This document shows, one piece after another, positions 19,459-27,824 of a DNA stretch of 64,000 nt (positions within the stretch are counted from its first letter, which is position 1; each line of letters begins with the position of its first letter). Made by a program: the position numbers and the translations under genes. This DNA comes from an uncultured Planctomycetota bacterium (lineage in GTDB: Bacteria > Planctomycetota > Planctomycetia > Isosphaerales > Isosphaeraceae): positions 64,001 through 128,000 of the forward strand of contig CAWJTV010000018.1 in assembly GCA_963845755.1 (NCBI GenBank). The letters are read 5' to 3'. Below the pieces are notes generated by a model. It had not been told where the DNA came from, searched no databases, and was given only the letters and a program-made list of their open reading frames with translations.

Positions 19459-21026
19459 TCTATGAAACCGCTGAAGTCAAGCCCCCCGACTGATTCTTTC
19501 CGGGCGCCCCGCGGGCGCGGACAGCGATCGCTCCGAGTCCGACAGCGTGTGTCCTGGCTCCCCGCAAACGGGGAGCCAGGACACACGCTGTTTCTCGTTC
19601 TCCAGGCAACGCCGGTGGTCCTGCGATCGGCACACTCCTTCCTCTTGCGAAAGAACTCCCGGGACCGCGGCTGGTGGCTTCGTCACGCGCGTCGCGCCTG
19701 CCAGGAGGCCACGACCACCTTCTCTCCGTGTCGGTCCTCATTCCAGGGACCGAGCACCCGTTACTCTGTTCGTCCGCGGACAACTCCGAAGCCAGGTGTG
19801 GGGACAAACCCATCTAACTCACGGTCGGCTGCCGCCGACCAGGCGCTTTCCGCCCCCTCGGGGACCTCGCCCTGTTCCAGGTATCGCCACAGCGCGATCA
19901 ATAACTTGCGGGCCAGGGCCACAATCTCCACCTTCGCGCCGCGCGTTGCCCTCGCCGAACCGACGCTGATACCACTGGCTCAAGGCGCTGTGGGGCTGCC
20001 AGTGCAGCCAGCCCCAGGCGATCTCCACCGCCATCCACCGCAGACGACAGTTCCCCGCCTTGCTGATCCCTTGCTCGCGCTGACTGTCGCCACAGGCGCA
20101 CGGCGTCGAGGCCAAGCCGGCGAGGCTCGCCAGCTCGCGGCGGTTCTGGATCTGCCGCCAGCCGAAGAACTCGCGGACGAACCGCGTCGCGCTCATCGGA
20201 CCGATCGCCTTGAGGTTCAGCAGCAGCCGCAGCTTCTCGACGTCGGCCGTCGCGTCGTCGCGGAAGGCACGCCGCTGGGCGTTCTCCAGGTCGCGCGCCT
20301 GGCGGTCCACCAAAGTCCAGCGGTCGAACTCGCGGCGGATGCGGGCACTCAGCTCGGCCGGGACCGGCCTCCCATCCCATTGGCGAAGTTGGCCGAGGCG
20401 TTCCGGCAACGGGTCATCGGCCTCGACGTCAAGGCCGAGGTTGGCGAGCAGGCCTTTGATGCGATGGGAGTGCTCGGTGCGCTGACCCTTGAGGGCGATC
20501 AGCTCGCGATGGGGCTGGCGGCGATCTCCGTCGTCGGGCGTGGGGATGCAGACGATGCTCCAGAGCTTGTGCTCGCCGCCGTGATAACGGATCAACATCG
20601 TCAGGAGCTTGCCGACGTCGAGCCGATCGCTCTTGGCGCGGCGGGCGCGGCGATTGCCCTCGATGCTGGCGTCGTCGACGACGCAGTTGGTGACGGCGTG
20701 GTGTTGGAGATCGCGATGGAGCCAGAAGCCGTCGCGGCCGGCCTCGTGGCCGGAGAGCACGGGGGCGTCGCCGGGGAGGGCGAAGCGGTCTCGGGCGCAG
20801 AGGATCTCGCGCTGAAGGGCGTCGAGATCGCGAGCGGGGATGGTGCGGAGCCGCGGCTTCTGGGCCATGGCGGTGGTGAAGGCGAGGTTCCAGGACGTCC
20901 AGCCGAGGTCGAAGGCGAGGTCGAGCGTGTTCGAGGCGGCGGTGGTAGGATGAAGGTCGTGGGTCGCTGACATGGTAAAACTCCGAGGTTGAGAGGGATT
21001 TGGCGAAAGACCTCTTCTGAGGAGGT
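19459..21026 (-). mobile_element. IS110-family element copy 2, decayed; transposase-upstream end missing
   Basis: Begins after CT (19457-58) with tctatgaa as in copy 1; similarity to copy 1 ends at about 21026. Confidence 0.88.
19761..20973 (-). pseudogene. IS110 transposase copy 2 (same frameshift; SCYEAG>SGHEAG, PYASG>PCACG)
   Basis: Highly similar to copy 1, but the conserved C-terminal Ser is replaced by Cys. Confidence 0.85.
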
Positions 21027-21164
21027 TAGAGCGCCCCACCGTTGGGTGGCACCCACTCGAAGCCTGCTCCCGAAGAACCCCCTGAACCCCCCCTGCGAAG
21101 GGGGGGTTCGGGGGTGAGTTCGCAGCGCCTCAGGGCGTGCGCAACGCAAGAGTTAAGCGCTCTA
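21027..21164. mobile_element. MITE-like 138-bp element with 8-bp terminal inverted repeats TAGAGCGC/GCGCTCTA
   Basis: IRs at 21027-34 and 21157-64; internal hairpin ccccctgaaccccccctgcgaagggggggttcggggg. Confidence 0.5.
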
Positions 21165-21366
21165 GCTGGCGGCCCGCGGAGGTGGCTGCGTGGGCGGGTT
21201 GCTGGTGGAGCTCAACTTCAGGACCATAGTCGAGGTCTTCAAGGCAGCCTGGCGACATGACTTCCCCAATTCCCCGTGAGGTCCCCGGCGCGCAGATGTC
21301 ATTGAGGTCGCCTCGCAGCCAATGCCCTCACATCCCCTCTGGGACCGCGAGATCGACGGCCGTTAG

Positions 21367-21395
21367 TTGTCCCGGGGTTCGACGGTCGTTATTGT
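21367..21395 (+). promoter_or_regulatory. Candidate internal cassette promoter TTGTCC-17-TATTGT
   Basis: Overlaps/follows a GTTAGTT (R'-like) box at 21362-68, upstream of the RusA-like gene. Confidence 0.45.
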
Positions 21396-21449
21396 AACGG
21401 GGAGAAGTCGCCTCTCACGAAGGGAGGTGACGCTCGAGAGACTGCGAAA

Positions 21450-21854
21450 ATGCATTTGGAGTTTGTCGTAGTCGGTGTTCCCATCTCAAACCAGTCGGCA
21501 GGAACTGCCGCCCTTCAAGCCTGGCGGACGGCGGTAGAGACCGAAGTAAAGAAGAACTGGACTGGTACTCCACTGACCGGCAGGCTGAAGGCGGTTATCA
21601 TCAACTTTCACACGGGTGATAAGCCATCCCTCGACCTCGACAACATGACGAAACCGATACTGGACGTCATGCAGCAAATCGTCTACGACGATGACCGCCA
21701 GGTTCGGCAGGCCGAACTCACACACGTCCGGATCGACGCGCCGTTCGTCTTCGTCGGGGCCTCGAAACTTATCGTGGCCGCCGTGCAAGCCGGTAATGAG
21801 TTTGTGTACGTGAGAATAGAGGACCCGATCGATCCATTCCCATTACCGACGTGA
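21450..21854 (+). CDS. Cassette gene: RusA-family endodeoxyribonuclease-like protein
   Basis: FVVVGVPIS...DLDNMTKPILDVMQQIVYDDDRQV: RusA DxDNxxKxxxD...DDxQV motif. Confidence 0.85.
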   Translation: MHLEFVVVGVPISNQSAGTAALQAWRTAVETEVKKNWTGTPLTGRLKAVIINFHTGDKPSLDLDNMTKPILDVMQQIVYDDDRQVRQAELTHVRIDAPFVFVGASKLIVAAVQAGNEFVYVRIEDPIDPFPLPT

Positions 21855-21858
21855 TACC

Positions 21859-22542
21859 ATGGATTACGAACAAGAGTTGAATCGTTTGGCAGACATTTAT
21901 CGAGGTCACGGCTACGACGTGACCGTCCGGCCTGGCCCGGATCAATTGCCTCCGTTCGCCAGAGATTTCAGGGTGGAAATCCTCGGCCGCCGCGGAGCCG
22001 AGGGTGTGCTCGTTGCAGTCAGGAGAAACCGCGACGAAGTTGCAGCCGACAGCGACATGCAGCGGTATGCTGAGACCACGGGAGCTCAGCCTGGGTGGCG
22101 ATTCGATTTCGCCATTCTCGAGTCGGAGCAGCCGAATGCCAGAGAGGTGCGGGGAGCGAAGGAGCTTTCGCAGGACGACATCAACAAGTCACTTGAACAG
22201 GCACGGGAACTCAGCCGAATGGGCTTCACAGGGTTTGCGGTCGTCGCAGCTTGGGCCACGTTGGAAGCGGCCATGCGGATGCGGCTCCGGGCTCTCGGAC
22301 AGGAAGCGGGTTGGGGAAGCATCCCCAGGCAGATGACAAGAGAACTCTATTCCGCAGGCGCGTTATCCCCAGACGAATTCCGTCGAATTGAGAGCGCGTC
22401 CCAGCTCAGGAACCAGATCGTTCACGGCTTCGCGTCGCAGCCCGCTGAGCCAGGCGATTCTGAGGCTGCGATGGTCGAAGTTCTGAGCGGCGTCGCTCAT
22501 CGCCTCGTTAATGAATCCCAACCCGCAGCGCAATCCACTTGA
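21859..22542 (+). CDS. Cassette gene: REase (AHJR-like) N-terminal domain fused to HEPN-like domain
   Basis: LADIYRGHGYDVTVRPGPDQLPPF...PGWRFDF (AHJR-like REase, from recall); AWATLEAAMR...LRNQIVHG (RxxxxH HEPN motif). Confidence 0.7.
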   Translation: MDYEQELNRLADIYRGHGYDVTVRPGPDQLPPFARDFRVEILGRRGAEGVLVAVRRNRDEVAADSDMQRYAETTGAQPGWRFDFAILESEQPNAREVRGAKELSQDDINKSLEQARELSRMGFTGFAVVAAWATLEAAMRMRLRALGQEAGWGSIPRQMTRELYSAGALSPDEFRRIESASQLRNQIVHGFASQPAEPGDSEAAMVEVLSGVAHRLVNESQPAAQST

Positions 22543-22556
22543 GCCGACTACCTATC

Positions 22557-22614
22557 GGCTAACCCGCGGTTGCAGCGGACCCGCTGCGCGGGCCGCTGAA
22601 CCTGGGCGTTAGCC
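22557..22614 (+). repeat. attC site (58 bp)
   Basis: GGCTAAC...GTTAGCC. Confidence 0.92.
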
Positions 22615-22631
22615 GGCGGGGGAACGTAATC

Positions 22632-22946
22632 ATGAAAGCGATCTCGTCCGTGCTGCTCATCCTGGCAGTCGCCTGCTCCGGCACGGGGCAAGAGCCGGAG
22701 GACGGCTACGTCCCGGACGATGGATTCGTCCCAAGCAAGGAAGTTGCTATCAAGATTGCCGTCGCGGTCTGGGAGCCGATCTACGGCGCGGAGAAAATCG
22801 CCAAGGAGAAGCCCTACCGTGCGACCCTGGCCGACGGCGTTTGGACCGTCGAGGGATCGCTATCGAAGGGCAGCAACGGCGGTGTGGCCCTCGCCAGGAT
22901 CGCGAAGAAGGACGGCCGCATCCTTCGCGTCACCCACGGCAAGTGA
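22632..22946 (+). CDS. Cassette: YbbC/YhhH-family NTF2-fold immunity protein with signal peptide
   Basis: GFVPSKEVAIKIAVAVWEPIYG...KPY...WTVEGSL...GGVA...I.KKDGRILRVTHGK. Confidence 0.85.
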   Translation: MKAISSVLLILAVACSGTGQEPEDGYVPDDGFVPSKEVAIKIAVAVWEPIYGAEKIAKEKPYRATLADGVWTVEGSLSKGSNGGVALARIAKKDGRILRVTHGK

Positions 22947-22975
22947 CTCTGAACCGGGGCGCCATCGAGGGTCGC

Positions 22976-23032
22976 GCCTAGCCTTGCGATGCAGCGGACC
23001 CGCTTTGCGGGCCGCTGAGCTTTGTGTGAGGT
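22976..23032 (+). repeat. attC site (57 bp), both R boxes degenerate
   Basis: GCCTAGC...GCAGCGGACCCGCtttGCGGGCCGCTGA...GTGAGGT. Confidence 0.8.
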
Positions 23033-23038
23033 GGCGTA

Positions 23039-23386
23039 GTGAGAGCGTCCACGCGACAACGTGACCATGGACTCCCGCTCGTCCTTCGTTGGTCGCGGGA
23101 CGTCCTGGGAGCGTTCGTCACTCTGGTAGCCCTCGTGTTCACGACCCGGAACTGGGGGACGCCAGCGGCGGCAGTCAACTGCGCCCTCGCTGTCGCCGGG
23201 GCCGTCGGGCTCCGGCTGCGATCGTGGCCGGTCCTCGCAGCCTTGTCTGGTGCGTATCTCGGCGCCATCGCGGGGACCTCCATGGGGGACTCGGCGGTAA
23301 ACGCGCCGGTTCATGGTCTGTTGCTCGCCATCTGCGGGACGGTTGTGGGATATGGCTTTCAAATGATGGAGCGGGGACCGGCCTAA
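23039..23386 (+). CDS. Cassette: small multi-TM membrane protein
   Basis: Hydrophobic ORF with stop inside R''; start uncertain. Confidence 0.6.
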   Translation: MRASTRQRDHGLPLVLRWSRDVLGAFVTLVALVFTTRNWGTPAAAVNCALAVAGAVGLRLRSWPVLAALSGAYLGAIAGTSMGDSAVNAPVHGLLLAICGTVVGYGFQMMERGPA

Positions 23387-23439
23387 CGAAGCATGGCAGC
23401 AGCCCCACTGCGCGGGGCCGCTGATCCTGGGCGTTAGGC
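23381..23439 (+). repeat. attC site (59 bp)
   Basis: GCCTAAC...GTTAGGC. Confidence 0.88.
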
Positions 23440-23461
23440 GGCGGAAGGGGAGGGTTTGGGG

Positions 23462-24100
23462 ATGCGTTCGTTCTGGGGCGAGTTCGTTCGCGCGCGTGCC
23501 TTCTGGGTGAGCTACGTCAGCGCGGGGGTGGATTTCGTCGGTTGCGGCAGCCTCCAGGCTGACCAACGGCTGCTCTGGGAGGAGCCGACGTGCGGGGCGA
23601 CGCTGATGTTCCGCTTCCCCGACTCCCACCGGCTGCGCCTGGATGTTGCGGCGGGGGAGCATAAGCTGCAACTGCTGCACCCCGACTACGACGAGCCGCA
23701 ACTTGTTGGCACGATGGACTGTCACCAGATGAGCGATCTCTTCCGGTGGGACGAGTTCCGGGCGGTCACCCGGCACCTGGCCACGACTTCCGGCCCGACG
23801 TCGGCGCACGAACTGTTGCTGAGTTTCTACGTCGCCGTCACCGAGGATTGTGCGGATGAGCATGCGGTGGTGCTGCGGCGGACCCTGGAAGCGTCGGAGG
23901 TATTTGCCGTCCCGGAAATCGAGCATATCTTGGCCTATACGCGTCGGGTTGCGGTGCGTCGGGATTTCCGATGGGTCCACACCCCGGGGTTGGGGTGGCT
24001 GGCAGAGGGCCGCGACACCTACTGCATGCGGCACACGCGGGGTGAGCTCGACTTCGATCGGTTCAGCCGGTTCCTGGGAGCGCTGGCCAGCGACGCGTGA
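23462..24100 (+). CDS. Cassette: hypothetical protein (213 codons)
   Basis: ORF fills the cassette; stop TGA inside an R''-like box. Confidence 0.75.
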   Translation: MRSFWGEFVRARAFWVSYVSAGVDFVGCGSLQADQRLLWEEPTCGATLMFRFPDSHRLRLDVAAGEHKLQLLHPDYDEPQLVGTMDCHQMSDLFRWDEFRAVTRHLATTSGPTSAHELLLSFYVAVTEDCADEHAVVLRRTLEASEVFAVPEIEHILAYTRRVAVRRDFRWVHTPGLGWLAEGRDTYCMRHTRGELDFDRFSRFLGALASDA

Positions 24101-24194
24101 CCTGCGCTGCAACGGAACCGGACCGCGGCTGCGGCTTTCTGGTAGAATCGAGGCAGATGCTCGGCGGGCCGGGCTGTTGAGCTTGTTGTTACGC
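24095..24194 (+). repeat. Long attC-like site (100 bp), different family
   Basis: GCGTGAC...GTTACGC are near-complementary ends, with imperfect arms (caacggaaccgg / ccgggctgttg). Confidence 0.65.
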
Positions 24195-24256
24195 GGCGGC
24201 CAATCTACCGACAGTGGTGATGTCGCGGGGGACCACGCCTGCAGTCGGGGGCTACT

Positions 24257-24604
24257 ATGCAAGAATTCGGGCCCTACTTCCTTCTTGCCTCAATGCTCGG
24301 TTCGCTCCTCGCTCCTCTCCTCATCGGAATCTTACCGAGGGAGGCAGCCAGGCGTGTGGTGGTATGGGCTCTCCGCATCTTGGTCCCGACCTTCCTCGTA
24401 AGTTTCATCTCGCTCGCGGCACAAGGGGATCGAGGCTTCCTCAGCAACTCGCAATCCGTGCTAACGGGCTCCGTCTTCTTGATCCTGTCCGTAGGCCTCG
24501 GCTACTTCGTATCATGGCTGCGTCACACATTGTCGAGCCGAGGTATTCAAGGCTCCCGGGGTGGGAAAATCAAGGCGGGACTATTGGACGATGAATTGGC
24601 CTGA
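24257..24604 (+). CDS. Cassette: 3-TM membrane protein
   Basis: Hydrophobic ORF ending GLLDDELA at the attC. Confidence 0.7.
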   Translation: MQEFGPYFLLASMLGSLLAPLLIGILPREAARRVVVWALRILVPTFLVSFISLAAQGDRGFLSNSQSVLTGSVFLILSVGLGYFVSWLRHTLSSRGIQGSRGGKIKAGLLDDELA

Positions 24605-24644
24605 CCTGCGGTTGCAGCGGGCCGCTGCAACCTTCACGATTGGA
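24599..24644 (+). repeat. Collapsed, degenerate attC (~46 bp)
   Basis: GCCTGAC ctgcGGTTGCAGCGG g CCGCTGCAACC ttcac GATTGGA; central hairpin lost. Confidence 0.6.
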
Positions 24645-24654
24645 GGCTCTCTCG

Positions 24655-24918
24655 ATGGTCCGTCAACTCTTCACTGTCGAGGATGTCTTCACGATCCGTC
24701 AGCGTGGCACCATCCTCGTGCCGGGAATCGTGCCCGAGGGCGATGAGTGGTTCCATATCGGCGACGGCTTGTGCCTGCGCCGCCCCGATGGGTCGGAAGT
24801 TCGGACGGCGATCGATGGCATCGACTTCTTCAACGTCAGCGAGCACGGTGCTTACGCGATCGTGGTGCCCTTACCTGCATCCGATGTGCCACTTGGCATC
24901 GAGGTCTGGTCGGCATAG
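24655..24918 (+). CDS. Cassette: stand-alone EF-Tu domain II-like beta-barrel protein
   Basis: LFTVEDVFTIRQRGTILVPGI...IGDGLCLRRPDG...TAIDGIDFF parallels EF-Tu [20 protein letters not shown]...VGEEVEI...TCTGVEMF. Confidence 0.65.
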   Translation: MVRQLFTVEDVFTIRQRGTILVPGIVPEGDEWFHIGDGLCLRRPDGSEVRTAIDGIDFFNVSEHGAYAIVVPLPASDVPLGIEVWSA

Positions 24919-24924
24919 GCTGGA

Positions 24925-24985
24925 GCCCAACAATTGGTTGCAGCCGACGCGCCTGTCGGCGGGCCGCTGAACCTTCGCGTTAGGC
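24925..24985 (+). repeat. attC site (61 bp)
   Basis: GCCCAAC...GTTAGGC. Confidence 0.88.
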
Positions 24986-25036
24986 GGTGGGAGTCTTGGA
25001 GCATCCTTGAGGCGCTGGTGTCGATCGAGGGGTCAT

Positions 25037-25579
25037 ATGCCTTCATCCGTCCGCGGCCTGCTGGGGGCTGTCCCCGTCGTGATGATCGGTTGCCTCGCCA
25101 TCCGGGGCGCTGCTCTGCCGGCTCCCTGGGTCATCACGACCGCGGCGTTCTTGTTCGGCCTCCCCGCATTACTCAGTCCCTCGGCTCGGCCCGAGTGGCG
25201 ATCCGCCTTGATTGCGTTCGCCTGGGCCGGCTCGCTTTACCTCGTGCTGTGCTTCGGCCCCGGCCTCGACCTGTGCGAACTCGAGTACCTCCCCTCCACG
25301 GCGGCACTCAATCGCCTCTTCCCGGTGATATTCACAGAAGGCTATCTCCAAGACCTGGCGGTCGAGCGTGAAGGCTGCACTTGCGACCGATGTGTCACTG
25401 ATGTCCGGGACGGCCTCCGTAGCGGATTTCTCCAGGCAGGCCACATCGTCACCGCGTTGCTCGCGGCGGCACTCTCTGGGCTGGCAGCTTGGGCGCTGTC
25501 ATCGTATCGTGGGGTGGGCGTACGAAAAGAGGCCCGGCCTAACCCACGGTTGCAGCGGACCCCTGCCGCGGGCCGCTGA
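25037..25579 (+). CDS. Cassette: 4-TM membrane protein
   Basis: Hydrophobic ORF reading into the attC. Confidence 0.7.
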   Translation: MPSSVRGLLGAVPVVMIGCLAIRGAALPAPWVITTAAFLFGLPALLSPSARPEWRSALIAFAWAGSLYLVLCFGPGLDLCELEYLPSTAALNRLFPVIFTEGYLQDLAVEREGCTCDRCVTDVRDGLRSGFLQAGHIVTALLAAALSGLAAWALSSYRGVGVRKEARPNPRLQRTPAAGR

Positions 25580-25594
25580 CCTCGAGCATTAGGC
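25537..25594 (+). repeat. Last clear attC site (58 bp), R' mutated to ATTAGGC
   Basis: GCCTAAC...GCAGCGGACCC...GGGCCGCTGA...ATTAGGC. Confidence 0.85.
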
Positions 25595-25747
25595 CGACCG
25601 TCGCTGGGCCGTGGTGTTGCGTCCGCCTGACGCCACCGTTACGCTGGGGCCGCGTGAGTCGGTGGGCGACGGCGGCCTAACCATCGGGCCAGGCCCAATA
25701 CCTTTGAATTAGCGTTAAGACTAAGAAAAGTCGAGATTTGCAAATAT

Positions 25748-25879
25748 CTTGTTCCCACGCTCACGCGCGGGAACACGCTTCCTGGACGCTCTGTGTCCCC
25801 GCGGTTTCCTTGCCGCCCCGATGCGAAACCGGCGTGGAGCGTCGAGACGGACAATCCCACGCAGGAGCGTGGGAACGAG
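25748..25879. repeat. REP-like inverted pair (CTTGTTCCCACGCTC...GAGCGTGGGAACGAG)
   Basis: Imperfect inverted repeats, each with an internal palindrome. Confidence 0.65.
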
Positions 25880-25927
25880 AAGTAAGTCCTCGTCTGCCTT
25901 CAATTTACCACTAATTCAACGCTATTG

Positions 25928-26010
25928 CCCCTAACCCCACCTTCGCAAGGGGGAAACTATGGCGGGATGGCTCGGTCCCTTTCCCCCCATTGCGAAGGGG
26001 GTAGGGGGGG
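25928..26010. repeat. REP-like palindrome (cccctaacccc.ccttcgcaaggggg), related to 21076-21116
   Basis: Inverted pair ccttcgcaagggggaaa / tttccccccattgcgaagg. Confidence 0.6.
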
Positions 26011-26170
26011 CTTCGGTCGAGGACTCCGAGAGTGTGCAAGCCAGCCGCTAAGCGTTCTCGAACGACCAACTCGCAACTCTCGTTGTGAGCGAATTCCATA
26101 GCTCGGACTATCACTTCGCCCCTGGTGGTTCCATCCTCGTGTTTGGGCCAGAAAGCGATGTCGGAGTTCC

Positions 26171-27603
26171 ATGAAAAAGGTCCGCGAAGCACTTCCTGTC
26201 GACTTGCGACGGCCCTCTGTCGAAAAACCCTATACCTTTGCGTCGCGCCCTTCGCGGTCTGAACTGATCGCGCGCGGAGAGGCCATGCGGAAACAATGCC
26301 CGCGCAACTCCCACGCCGTCTGGAGTGCGCCGGATGACCGACCGGACCCGGTCCGGCTGGTTGAAGAAGGCAACAGCGGGCGAATTGCTGAACTGATCCC
26401 CCTGCGCCACGGCCGCATGCTGCCGTCGCCGTTCACCTTCTATCGCGGGACGGCGCTCAACATGGCGGTGGACCTGGCCGGCACACCCACCACGGGCTTT
26501 CGCGTGCAGGCTTGCGGCGATGCGCACCTGGGCAACTTCCGCTGCTTTGCCACGCCCGAGCGGCGGGTCATCTTCGACATTCACGACCTGGATGAAACGA
26601 TTCCGGCGCCATGGGAGTGGGACATCAAACGCCTGGCCGCCAGCTTTGTCCTCGCATGCCGCACGAACGGCTTCAGCGACACGCTCGCCCGTGATGCCGT
26701 GCTGACCTGCGTCCGCTCGTACCGCGAAGCCATGGCCCTGTTCAGCACGATGCGGGCCCTGGACGTGTGGTATGCCCGATTTGACGCCAAGAAGCTCGTC
26801 GCGGACATCGATGACGCCGACATCCGCGCCGGACTCGAAAGCTCCTGACCAAGGCGAAGAAGGTCTGCATCGTTGAGCACGTTTTCCCCAAGATCGCCGA
26901 CAAATCGGGAGAGACCCCGACAATCAAAGACAACCCGCCGTTCATCTACCACCACCTGGAGCGCGGGGAGGAGGAATTCTACGCTTCGATCGAGGAAGTC
27001 TTTGCTTTCTACCGCGAATCGTTGCCGGACGATCGGCGTGTCCTCCTGGACCGATATGTCCTCAAGGACAAGGCCATCAAGGTCGTGGGGGTCGGCAGCG
27101 TCGGCACGGTTTGCAGCGTCGCTCTCCTGATGGCGGGTGACAAGGACCCCCTCTTCCTCCAGCTCAAGGAAGCGCGCCCTCGGTCCTGGAGGCCTATGCG
27201 GGACCGAGCGTTTATCCCAACCACGGGCAACGGGTCGTGACGGGGCACCGTCTCATGCAATCGGCGAGCGACATCTTCCTCGGTTGGACGCAGGACAGCA
27301 GCGGCCGGCATTTCTACGTCCGGCAGTTGCGGGACATGAAGCTCAAGTTCCCCGTCGAACACTTCAAGTCGGCCAAGATGGTCATCTTCGCCGAATGGTG
27401 TGGGGGCACGCTGTGCGTGCGCCCACGCCCGTTCCGGTGAACCCGCCTTGATCAGCGGCTATCTCGGCAAAGCCGACACGTTTGATCAAGCGATCACCGC
27501 CTTTGCAGTGACTTATGCCGACCAGGTCGAGCGCGATTACGAAAGCTTCACGAAGGCGGTTCGCGAGGGGAGAATCGAAGCCCGATTGGATGACGTCGTC
27601 TGA
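26171..27603 (+). CDS. DUF2252-family protein (kinase-like), split by several frameshifts
   Basis: GRMLPSPFTFYRG...CGDAHLGNF...FDIHDLDET..PWEWDIKRL; KVVGVGSVGT; LMQSASDIFLGW..FYVRQLRDMK; AHARSG...YADQVERDY. Confidence 0.88.
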
Positions 27604-27824
27604 TTCGTGCCGGCCGATGCTCAACGACCCTAATCCCGCGCGGACTTCGGGTCAACGGTGCCGAAAAGGGCGAAGAATGGCAAGCTTGGGGTCAGGCCGC
27701 ACCTGGAGCCTCTGGAGGCAGTCCCGAAGGTCCTGAGATGCGGGGAGGAGGCTTGTCAGAGACCCTCGGGCTTGTTATGTAACAGGATCAGACTTCTCGA
27801 TGTTGAGCACGGAAAGGACCAAGC

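Larger units (their letters stand above)
11905..25594 (+). mobile_element. Chromosomal integron: truncated intI, attI and ~19 gene cassettes
   Basis: intI remnant, attI-like site, and at least 15 copies of RYYTAAC..GCAGCGGACCCGC..GCGGGCCGCTGA..GTTAGNC separating short same-strand ORFs. Confidence 0.93.

Noticed and set aside
21254..21368. Possible long degenerate attC before the RusA cassette
   Set aside because: Only the GTTAG box and weak arms are visible; R'' cannot be assigned
22814..24262. 482-aa minus-strand ORF
   Set aside because: Crosses several attC sites antisense to cassette genes; no protein-like motifs
12892..25594. Regularly recurring ~58-bp repeat read as a CRISPR array
   Set aside because: The intervals are hundreds of bp long and contain whole ORFs, the repeats have attC R''/R' boxes, and there are no cas genes
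25675..25720. Possible extra terminal attC (GCCTAAC...GTTAAGA) closing an 80-bp empty cassette
   Set aside because: Lacks the conserved L-box palindrome; too degenerate to support
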